From the IMG/VR virus record IMGVR_UViG_3300045988_078321: DNA of 41,081 nucleotides; one strand, given 5' to 3'. The notes beneath the pieces are model-generated. The model made no database searches, was not told where the DNA came from, and saw nothing but the letters and a program-made list of their open reading frames with translations. The number at the start of each line of letters is the position of its first letter. Within the stretch, counting starts at the first letter, position 1. This DNA is from a virus. The translations under genes and the position numbers were made by a program. Of the stretch, positions 17,344 to 24,362 are shown one piece after another.

Positions 17344-17547
17344 ATGACACTAAATTTTAACGATTGGCTTATCAAAGTACAAAAATGCGAAGGAGATAAC
17401 AATGTTTTTGTCGCCGAATTTTACATACCAAAAACAGACGGCTCCAAATGTTTCCAGCAGTTCTATAAGTACATAGGGAACAGCAAGACAACACACAGTT
17501 TTATACTTGAAAGAGTGAAAAGAATAATTGAAACATTTTACCAATAA
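17344..17547 (+). CDS. Early small protein, unknown function
   Basis: 67-aa ORF with an ATG start, tightly spaced after the upstream gene and followed by a hairpin. Confidence 0.55.
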   Translation: MTLNFNDWLIKVQKCEGDNNVFVAEFYIPKTDGSKCFQQFYKYIGNSKTTHSFILERVKRIIETFYQ

Positions 17548-17552
17548 TCAAC

Positions 17553-17579
17553 GCCGGGGATATTCCCCGGCTCTTTATT
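17553..17579 (+). terminator. Hairpin GCCGGGGA-tat-TCCCCGGC plus a T-rich tail (weak terminator or attenuator)
   Basis: 8-bp perfect GC-rich stem followed by TCTTTATTA. The next ATG is at 17580. Confidence 0.45.
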
Positions 17580-18050
17580 ATGAGCGAAATAATAGCAGAC
17601 ATTAAAAGCATTTTATCTTTACCATTGGTCCCCAGGCAAAGAAAATACTATGAGGATTTAATCGCAGTTGCGAAGCCTGTAAAAATCTCCCGTGCGCACG
17701 ATGTTATCGATTCGTACATGCTTGATTTCATAAAGCACGTTGTAAAACCAGAGAAAAAAAGATGTTACAGGAATGCGCATCTTTTGTGCGAGGCATTTCC
17801 GGACATGGTAACATACTGTGAAGGAAGGGCGAATGTTCCAATTCCTATTGATCACGCATTTAACAAGGTCGGCGAGTATTACATCGATGTAACATTTGAG
17901 TTTGCATTGAGAGAAGACCCCAGCCAATACGATTACGCTATTTTTGGCGAATATACAGCAAATGAAATTTCAAAAATAGTGAGAAAAACGGGGTCTTATG
18001 GCGAATATTACAACTATCTGTGGAAAGACAAAAACCCCCTCGCGATTTAG
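17580..18050 (+). CDS. Small protein with a transglutaminase/papain-like Cys-His-Asp arrangement (tentative)
   Basis: 156 aa. RCYRNAHLLCEAF...YCEG...IDHAFNKVGEYYIDVT resembles the C...(V/Y)xG...HAW...D core of the transglutaminase-like fold. Confidence 0.35.
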   Translation: MSEIIADIKSILSLPLVPRQRKYYEDLIAVAKPVKISRAHDVIDSYMLDFIKHVVKPEKKRCYRNAHLLCEAFPDMVTYCEGRANVPIPIDHAFNKVGEYYIDVTFEFALREDPSQYDYAIFGEYTANEISKIVRKTGSYGEYYNYLWKDKNPLAI

Positions 18051-18176
18051 TCGGGAGGGGGCGGAAGGAGGTACGCAGTAACCGAGAGCGAAATGTGGTA
18101 ATGCGACACCACAAAAATAGTAAAAATTATTTGTTCACGAAAAAAACAGATAAAAATAAAAAAACAAAGAGAAAAT

Positions 18177-18243
18177 TTTGGTAATAAAAGAAATGGTTGT
18201 ATATTTGCATCATAATCAAATAACCGACCGGGCGGGTTCTCGG
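18177..18243 (+). promoter_or_regulatory. Cassette 2: promoter plus leader hairpin (stem has a G-U pair)
   Basis: TTTG (18177..18180), N19, TATATTTG (18200..18207). Hairpin CCGGG-cgggtt-CTCGG at 18228..18243, with 18 nt to the ATG at 18262. Confidence 0.8.
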
Positions 18244-18261
18244 AACAAAAATAATTCAAAT

Positions 18262-18642
18262 ATGAAAAAGTACATTTTAGTTAAGACACAAAAAGGTTCA
18301 AAGTATCTTTATCAAGTAAAAGACGAACAGGGTAATGTAGTGGCAAAAAGAACATCTACGCGCGATTACGTTGCTTGCACATCTAACGGTGAATTTTATT
18401 TCGGACGTGTAGACCTAATAGGTAAAGGAGACCACGGGAGACAACTGAATCAAATATACAAGTTGATAAACGACCCCAGAGGATTATATGAAGATATTGC
18501 GAGAATATTCGTACCATCGTATCGCTCTGTATGGAAAAAAGAAAATCCGTTTGATGAATGGTATAACTCGAAAGATATGGAGTACTGGAAAGACAGGAAA
18601 ACAAAACTCGAAAATATCGCTTATTTGCAGTCTGGGGAATAA
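18262..18642 (+). CDS. Early small protein, unknown function
   Basis: 126 aa from the ATG at 18262 (MKKYILVK...). The listed start at 18178 is a TTG that would run through the promoter and hairpin. Confidence 0.7.
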   Translation: MKKYILVKTQKGSKYLYQVKDEQGNVVAKRTSTRDYVACTSNGEFYFGRVDLIGKGDHGRQLNQIYKLINDPRGLYEDIARIFVPSYRSVWKKENPFDEWYNSKDMEYWKDRKTKLENIAYLQSGE

Positions 18643-18653
18643 CAAAAAACAAT

Positions 18654-18661
18654 TATATTTG
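18654..18661 (+). promoter_or_regulatory. Isolated -7-type box TATATTTG, 41 nt upstream of a terminator
   Basis: AATTATATTTG is shared with 16687..16697. It lies directly after a stop codon. Confidence 0.3.
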
Positions 18662-18701
18662 TACTGTATTTTTGTAGTTTTATCACATAGGTAAATAAGG
18701 A

Positions 18702-18730
18702 GGGTTGGCCGTAAGGTTAGCCCTTTTTTT
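18702..18730 (+). terminator. Rho-independent terminator
   Basis: GGGTTGGCC-gtaa-GGTTAGCCC followed by TTTTTTT. Confidence 0.8.
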
Positions 18731-18906
18731 GATATAATGAATTTTAGGCCGTTTTTAGGCCCGTATTTGCGTTCTTATATTTTTCTGGCATAACATACCA
18801 TTGAGATGATAAAACGCCTTAAAAACGAAAATTCGCCAAAAATAACTCTTAAAGGGCACAAAAGAAATTTTTTTATCGAAAATCACAAAAAAAATAAAGA
18901 GAAAAT

Positions 18907-18977
18907 TTTGGTAATTAAAAAAACGATTGTATATTTGCATCGTCAACATAAGACAAACAGACCGGGCTGATACCCGG
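18907..18977 (+). promoter_or_regulatory. Cassette 3: promoter plus leader hairpin (different loop)
   Basis: TTTG (18907..18910), N19, TATATTTG (18930..18937). Hairpin CCGGG-ctgata-CCCGG at 18962..18977, with 19 nt to the ATG at 18997. Confidence 0.8.
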
Positions 18978-18996
18978 GAAATAAAAAACAAAAGTT

Positions 18997-19245
18997 ATGA
19001 GCGCAGAAAAATATTACGAAGGTCTCGAATACACAACAACCGAAATTAACCGTAATTTCAAGATTAAGGTAAACGGAATGTTTGAGGGTAAAAAAATCAA
19101 TAAATTAGTCGGTGTTTATGGTCTTATTAATCTTGTAGGTATAGAGATGGCGAACAAACTTTTTCGCCGTGCATTTCGTAGTACAGACGATGCCCAGCAT
19201 TGTAAATTGCGCAGAGGATTGAAAATTTCGTTCTATTGCTATTAA
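18997..19245 (+). CDS. Early small protein, unknown function
   Basis: 82-aa ORF behind cassette 3. Confidence 0.65.
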   Translation: MSAEKYYEGLEYTTTEINRNFKIKVNGMFEGKKINKLVGVYGLINLVGIEMANKLFRRAFRSTDDAQHCKLRRGLKISFYCY

Positions 19246-19259
19246 AAATAGATTTTATT

Positions 19260-19320
19260 TTTGGTAATTAAAAAAGTAATTGTATATTTGCGTCATAAAA
19301 CCGACCGGGCGGGTTCCCGG
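19260..19320 (+). promoter_or_regulatory. Cassette 4: promoter plus leader hairpin
   Basis: TTTG (19260..19263), N19, TATATTTG (19283..19290). Hairpin CCGGG-cgggtt-CCCGG at 19305..19320, with 17 nt to the ATG at 19338. Confidence 0.8.
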
Positions 19321-19337
19321 AATAAAACTATAACAAA

Positions 19338-19664
19338 ATGGAAACACAAGATACATCTTTGATTAAGCCTGCAAGTTTAATGGCTATTCGCAGGTTTGTT
19401 GAAAATAAAATCATAACGGATTGCGAAGAGTACATTGAGCGTGATAAAATATTGCACGATGAGTTTTCAGAACCTGTTGAATGCGATGATGAAACCCTAT
19501 ATGTGGACGTAGAATGGGAGGGCTACAACGGAAGACGATGGACAAAAGGCAATTATTTTACACCGGAAGAATCAGATGGTGAAATTGTATTGATGTACAC
19601 AGTGAAAATATATGATGAGGACGAAATACAATGCGGAGAATTTAATGACAAAATATTCATCTAA
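19338..19664 (+). CDS. Highly acidic early small protein (anti-defence / DNA-mimic candidate)
   Basis: 108 aa. By my count about 28 D/E versus 11 K/R. It sits behind cassette 4 and directly upstream of an HTH gene. Confidence 0.7.
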   Translation: METQDTSLIKPASLMAIRRFVENKIITDCEEYIERDKILHDEFSEPVECDDETLYVDVEWEGYNGRRWTKGNYFTPEESDGEIVLMYTVKIYDEDEIQCGEFNDKIFI

Positions 19665-19677
19665 AAACAATATAGCT

Positions 19678-19908
19678 ATGAAATTGAGAGTAAATGAAGC
19701 AATTGCCCGTTCAGAGGCAAACGGAAAAAAGGTTTTCAAAAAAGACATCGCAGCACGTTTATTTGCCGGGGCGAGTGAAGCAGCCCAGCAAGTAAACATG
19801 ACGAATTTGTGTTCGGGCGTAACAAAAAGAATTTTGCCCGAATGGGTTGTGATTATTTGTGAAATGTGCGGTTGCTCCGCCGATTACCTTTTCGGGTTGG
19901 AGGATTGA
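19678..19908 (+). CDS. XRE/Cro-type helix-turn-helix transcriptional regulator
   Basis: KKDIAARLF...QQVNMTNLCSGVTKRILPEWVVIICEMCGCSADYLFGL is a typical HTH_3 pattern with the C-terminal DYLFG. The start is uncertain: in-frame ATGs at 19678, 19645 and 19612. Confidence 0.75.
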   Translation: MKLRVNEAIARSEANGKKVFKKDIAARLFAGASEAAQQVNMTNLCSGVTKRILPEWVVIICEMCGCSADYLFGLED

Positions 19909-19911
19909 GGA

Positions 19912-20097
19912 ATGAAAGCGGAAAAGAAAATAATCGCGGTTGTAAATGCCGCATTTTCTGAAAAATTCCAACGCCGTTTAATTGTCGTTTTATTAACGAT
20001 ATTTGGCGTTCTTGCGCTTATGATGGCGCGTTTCAATGGTGCGCATGTAGTAACATCGGCGGTGTGTTTTATTGCCGCGTTTTTGGTTAAAAAATAA
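19912..20097 (+). CDS. Small membrane protein
   Basis: 61 aa with two hydrophobic segments (LIVVLLTIFGVLALMM, VVTSAVCFIAAFLV). Confidence 0.5.
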   Translation: MKAEKKIIAVVNAAFSEKFQRRLIVVLLTIFGVLALMMARFNGAHVVTSAVCFIAAFLVKK

Positions 20098-20105
20098 ACA
20101 GTAAT

Positions 20106-21164
20106 ATGAGAGCGAAACGTAATGCGGTCAAAGATACCGCGAAGACATTGCAAAAAGTAGAGCCCAAAAAGAAAAAGGCATCTATAAAAGAAATTGTACC
20201 ACCTTTTATCCCTGTTGAAAATGAAGGTGCAACAGGAGCATTCGAAATTGCACCGGGAATGAGTGCCGAACAAATGAAGGCGTTATTCTTTGATGAAAAA
20301 ACATTGATAGAACCGCCGTATAAGGTGTGGCAGTTGAATAGTAGCACGGGGCGATATTACTACACATTCGAAGATAATGGCCCAGTCTTCTACCCTTCAG
20401 TAACAACGATTCTATCACAGACAATGCCGAAATCTGAATTTCTTATCAAATGGGTTGCGAGCATGGGGTATGATGAGGCAGAAAGGTATAAGGCAGAACG
20501 GGCGGCTTATGGAACATTTATGCACGCTCAATTTGAAAGCCTTTTGATAAACAGGCTTTACAATTTGGACGAACTGAAAGACAAGTTGAAAGAATACACA
20601 ATTCAACAGCGATTGCCGGACAATTTTATTCATTACTGCGATGACTTGAAAAAGGACATTTTGTCTTTTGCTCAATTTGTTGTTGATTACGATGTACAGC
20701 CGTTGGCTGTTGAAATCGCACTGGTACACCCAGACTTAAAATATGCCGGTATGATTGATTTGCCGTGCAGAATGAGGGCAAAAATAGGTAGCGATGAGCG
20801 TATAAATGCGATTGTCGATTTCAAGAGTGGGAGGAAGAATTTCTATGAGGACAACGAATTGCAACTTGCATTTTACAGAGAGTTGTGGAATTGGAATTTC
20901 CCGGAAACAGAGATAACGAGAATTTTCAATTTCAGCCCGAAAGATTGGCGGAAGAAACCAACGTACAACCTAAAAGAGCAGACCAAAAGCCCAAATATTG
21001 CAAAGATGCCTTATTTGCTCGAAATCGCAGCTATTAACGACGAAAAGGCCGAAAATACATTTACAGCTATTAGCGGGGTTATTTCTCTCGATGAGGTTAG
21101 CACCTTGCCCGCTTGTGTTACAACTCTTACATTGTCCGAAATCGTAAAAAACAAAACAAAATGA
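20106..21164 (+). CDS. PD-(D/E)XK family nuclease (RecB/Cas4-like exonuclease)
   Basis: YPSVTTIL...GTFMHAQFE...GMIDLPC...AIVDFKSGRK...LQLAFY fits the H/E ... D ... (D/E)xK ... Y motif order. Confidence 0.7.
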   Translation: MRAKRNAVKDTAKTLQKVEPKKKKASIKEIVPPFIPVENEGATGAFEIAPGMSAEQMKALFFDEKTLIEPPYKVWQLNSSTGRYYYTFEDNGPVFYPSVTTILSQTMPKSEFLIKWVASMGYDEAERYKAERAAYGTFMHAQFESLLINRLYNLDELKDKLKEYTIQQRLPDNFIHYCDDLKKDILSFAQFVVDYDVQPLAVEIALVHPDLKYAGMIDLPCRMRAKIGSDERINAIVDFKSGRKNFYEDNELQLAFYRELWNWNFPETEITRIFNFSPKDWRKKPTYNLKEQTKSPNIAKMPYLLEIAAINDEKAENTFTAISGVISLDEVSTLPACVTTLTLSEIVKNKTK

Positions 21165-21874
21165 AGGGAAGAATCGAAAGGCCCGAAGCACACAAGCCTC
21201 GGTTAGTTTTGCCGCGAGTCGGTAAAATAAGAATAGGCGTGAAGAACGCGAAAGGATACCCGCAAAGTCTCGACTATTTCATCGCAACGGGTAAGTATGC
21301 AGGATTGTTTTTACAGGCGTATGGTGATAAGCCGCAAATAATACAAATTGTCTTTCCGGACGATGACCCAGAAAAAGTATGTTGCGAGCGGTATGAGTAT
21401 CGAGACGATGAAGGGAATCTGGTAGCATATGGAGACGGTTGTAATTTCGATGTATGGAACCCCAAGACCAAAAGATACGAGTCGTTCAGCGCGAAAGATT
21501 ACCCTCAAATAATGCAGTCGATACAAAATCGATACCCTACGAAATTATCGCAAAAGACCGGCGATGGCTGGAGGGTTAGATTAACCCTAAATTTCATTAT
21601 ACCACTCGTTAGGGGTGTTGCGGGTATATGGACGTTTGAGACAAATGGAAACGCATCAACAATACCGCAAATTCGTGAGACATTCGATTGCATGTTGCTC
21701 GAAAGAGGATTCTGCAAAGGCATAATTTTCGACTTGTCTGTTCAATTTGCCGTATCCCAGAAACCCGGTGTAAATTCAAGATACCCCGTTGTATCGCTTA
21801 TTCCAAACGAAAGCGCGGACAATGTTCTGAAAGTAAAGAAGGCTTATGAGCCAATAATGGAGGTTAAAAAATGA
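21161..21874 (+). CDS. phiC31 gp3-like (RDF-like family) protein, recombination/replication module (tentative)
   Basis: 237 aa from the ATG at 21161, in an ATGA overlap. The N-terminal LPRVGKIRIGVKNAKGYPQSLDYF resembles the vG-x-IRlG...P-x-x-LD-x-F signature I recall for that family. Confidence 0.4.
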   Translation: MKGRIERPEAHKPRLVLPRVGKIRIGVKNAKGYPQSLDYFIATGKYAGLFLQAYGDKPQIIQIVFPDDDPEKVCCERYEYRDDEGNLVAYGDGCNFDVWNPKTKRYESFSAKDYPQIMQSIQNRYPTKLSQKTGDGWRVRLTLNFIIPLVRGVAGIWTFETNGNASTIPQIRETFDCMLLERGFCKGIIFDLSVQFAVSQKPGVNSRYPVVSLIPNESADNVLKVKKAYEPIMEVKK

Positions 21875-22665
21875 CTGTGCGTGATAGTAATTTTGTTACC
21901 ATTTTGGCCCCGATGGTAACAATCCTAAAATTAAAAGGGAATGAACTTTTGGTGTTTGCTCTTATTCATGGATTCAGCCAAGACGGCGAGAGTACTTTTA
22001 AGGGCTCTTTGAAATATTTGAATGAGTGGACAGGTTTGGACAAAACAACGATTCTTAGAATCTTGAAAAACCTGTGCGAAAAAGAGTATATAACAAAACA
22101 TGAAGGAAGCAAAAACGGGGTAAAAGTCTGTGAATATTCGTCTAATTATTGGGAGGTAATGGGGTGGTTGCAAAATACCACCACCCCCGGTTGCAAAATG
22201 CAACTACCCCGGTTGCAAAATACCACCACCCCCCTGGTTGCAAAATGCAACCCTATATATATATATAATAATATAGATAATAATATAGATAATAATATAG
22301 ATAATCCGATGGTTGAAACATCGTCTATTTTTAGTGCTGAAATGGTAGAAGAAAAAAAATTGAGGGGGACAACGGAGCCGCGAAAGTGTTTGTTCGTAAA
22401 TAGTCGTTTCTCCAAACTTGAGGATTTTTTGAAATGCTTCGATAAACCAGAGTATGAAGAAATAGACATGGTGTATTACTACCATGCGGTAGCAGATTGG
22501 AGCGCAAGTAAAGGAAGAATGCAGAAAGATTGGATAGCACAAACAAGGAATTTTGTTCGTTCCGATAGAGATAAAGGGAAATTACATCTCAAGCAGGAAT
22601 ATCAACAGAAGAAACAAAAAATAGATGTAGCAAGCGCTATTGAATACCTCGAAAATGAATTGTAA
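21871..22665 (+). CDS. Replication initiator / replisome organiser (winged-helix N-terminus)
   Basis: LLVFALIHGFSQDG...FKGSLKYLNEWTGLDKTTILRILKNLCEKEYI is wHTH-like. The gene carries iterons and an AT-rich tract internally. Confidence 0.6.
   Translation: MTVRDSNFVTILAPMVTILKLKGNELLVFALIHGFSQDGESTFKGSLKYLNEWTGLDKTTILRILKNLCEKEYITKHEGSKNGVKVCEYSSNYWEVMGWLQNTTTPGCKMQLPRLQNTTTPLVAKCNPIYIYNNIDNNIDNNIDNPMVETSSIFSAEMVEEKKLRGTTEPRKCLFVNSRFSKLEDFLKCFDKPEYEEIDMVYYYHAVADWSASKGRMQKDWIAQTRNFVRSDRDKGKLHLKQEYQQKKQKIDVASAIEYLENEL
22166..22253. repeat. Origin iterons: 4 x GGTTGCAAAAT(A/G)C, arranged as 2 x ~45 bp
   Basis: Iteron units start at 22166, 22189, 22211 and 22236. Confidence 0.9.
22254..22305. repeat. 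AT-rich tract with a (TA)n run and 3.25 x 12-bp repeat AATAATATAGAT (DNA-unwinding-element candidate)
   Basis: 12-mer copies at 22267, 22279 and 22291. Translated as NNIDNNIDNNID. Confidence 0.9.
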
Positions 22666-22667
22666 CT

Positions 22668-23597
22668 ATGATTCCAGATAAAAAAACAAATATCAATTCT
22701 TTGTCTTTAACGACCAAGAACAATCGAACAAAAGCGATAGAGATTCGACGAAGAATGGCGGAGGTTCCCGAACTTATGGCTGGATTGTCTAAAATAGAGA
22801 CATATATATTTTCCGCATCAACTAAATTGCAGATAAATGAACTAACAGATGAGATTCTCGTCAAAAAGTCGGCCCAACTGTTCAGATTCATTGCGATAGA
22901 TGTTGGATACACAATACCTTCACAAAATGATTGGAGCTATATATGCACCAGATTGTTAGATGTTTTGAAAAGGTATTTTTCAAATTTGACTTTGTCTGAA
23001 ATTAAGTTGGCTTTTGAACTGGCATTGACTGGTAGTCTCGATGACTATTTGCCAAGAGATGGCCGAGGTGATCCAGATAAGAAACATTACCAACAGTTCA
23101 ATGTTGACTACTTTTGCAAAATTCTGAACGCATATATCAAAAAAAGAGGTGAAGTAATCGAGAAGGTATATAAATCGTTACCGGCCCCGGAAATACAAGT
23201 TGAAGAAAAAGAAAAATACCACCAACTTTCATTCAATAGGTTGTTGAATGTTTTTTTGCGTTACAAATACAAGGGCACATTTAGGCTTGGTCTTGTTGAT
23301 GGAATGTTTTTTTACAATATACTTAAAAAGGCATCTATAATCGATGAAATAAAAGAACAAGATGAAGACAGAAGAAAGGCTCTATCTATTTACTTGCAAA
23401 GGGTTGCAAAAGGGTTTACAAATAGGTATGAAGCATACAGGGTTCAGAAAAAAAGGGTATATTCCCCAGAACTCGATTTTATTGCCTTTGAAATTGCGAG
23501 AGACAAGGAAATTCAAAGAGCTTTTTATTTTATTGCCAGCAATGAGATTCAAATGACAGATTTATTAACGTCTTATTTTAGAGGGAATGAGTATTGA
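22668..23597 (+). CDS. Replication-module protein, unknown function
   Basis: 309-aa ORF immediately after the initiator. No NTPase motif was seen. Confidence 0.65.
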   Translation: MIPDKKTNINSLSLTTKNNRTKAIEIRRRMAEVPELMAGLSKIETYIFSASTKLQINELTDEILVKKSAQLFRFIAIDVGYTIPSQNDWSYICTRLLDVLKRYFSNLTLSEIKLAFELALTGSLDDYLPRDGRGDPDKKHYQQFNVDYFCKILNAYIKKRGEVIEKVYKSLPAPEIQVEEKEKYHQLSFNRLLNVFLRYKYKGTFRLGLVDGMFFYNILKKASIIDEIKEQDEDRRKALSIYLQRVAKGFTNRYEAYRVQKKRVYSPELDFIAFEIARDKEIQRAFYFIASNEIQMTDLLTSYFRGNEY

Positions 23598-24123
23598 TTG
23601 CGTTATTGGAATTGACCCCGGGAAAATGGGGGCAATTGCCGTATTTAGACCCGGCAAAAAAGTAGAGGTAATCAAAATGCCAAAAGAATTGTCCTACTTG
23701 AAAGAATGGTTTACATACATGAAGAGTATTTGCGAGCCTATTGCCTTTGTTGAGAAATTGCAGTTGCGCCCGGACGATTTAACGGAGAATCCGGGAAAGG
23801 CTTTTCGTGTTCAAAAAATGCTCTCCGATTTTGAGCGGCTCAAAGCAATAATAGAGTTCTGTAATGTGCCTTATGTTCTTGTGCATCCCCAAAAATGGCA
23901 AAATGAACTCAATCTAAAAATAAAAGGGGAAGAAAAGCCGCAAAGGAAGCGGCGATACAAAGATGTTGCCGCACAATATTACCCGGGAATAAAGGTAACA
24001 ATGCAAAATTGCGATGCACTTTTAATCATGCACTTTGGGCGGCATGTTCTCGTTGCGAATCCTACATGGGTTCGGTCTAATCTCCCGACAAGAATACTTA
24101 TGGGCTTTTTAGGGCCCAAATAA
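23587..24123 (+). CDS. RuvC-like Holliday junction resolvase
   Basis: VIGIDPGKMGAIAV (Asp 1), FVEKLQ (Glu) and NCDALLIMHFG (C-terminal Asp) match the phage RuvC pattern. Confidence 0.75.
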   Translation: MSIDCVIGIDPGKMGAIAVFRPGKKVEVIKMPKELSYLKEWFTYMKSICEPIAFVEKLQLRPDDLTENPGKAFRVQKMLSDFERLKAIIEFCNVPYVLVHPQKWQNELNLKIKGEEKPQRKRRYKDVAAQYYPGIKVTMQNCDALLIMHFGRHVLVANPTWVRSNLPTRILMGFLGPK

Positions 24124-24139
24124 GCGATTTATTTATAAA

Positions 24140-24361
24140 ATGGGTAGATATATGATATTTGAAGAAAAACACCCGGAAAACGAAAATTCCAAAGAAATAA
24201 CTATGAAGGAATTTTTATTGCTTGTTAAGGACATGAGGCACCAACAACGCCGGTATGAAAGATTTGGTAAAATGGAAATAAAAGAAACAAAGGAAAGAGC
24301 CGAGCAGAAAGTAGATGAAGCACTCGGAAAGATTTTTAACTCACAAATGAAATTATTTTGA
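24140..24361 (+). CDS. Small hypothetical protein
   Basis: 73-aa ORF, rich in charged residues. Confidence 0.5.
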   Translation: MGRYMIFEEKHPENENSKEITMKEFLLLVKDMRHQQRRYERFGKMEIKETKERAEQKVDEALGKIFNSQMKLF

Positions 24362-24362
24362 C

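Larger units (their letters stand above)
18698..18996. repeat. ~299-bp intergenic direct repeat, copy B
   Basis: Same order of elements as 16727..17019. Confidence 0.9.

Noticed and set aside
18035-18061. Hairpin CCCCCTCGCGA-tttag-TCGGGAGGGGG over the stop codon at 18050, considered as a terminator
   Set aside because: The stem has a mismatch and no downstream T-run follows (the next bases are CGGAAGGAGG). It may still be a structural element, but it is not a convincing intrinsic terminator.
18178-18261. TTG start at 18178 for the ORF ending at 18642
   Set aside because: It would translate through the -33 and -7 promoter boxes and the leader hairpin. The ATG at 18262 sits at the cassette-typical 18-nt spacing.
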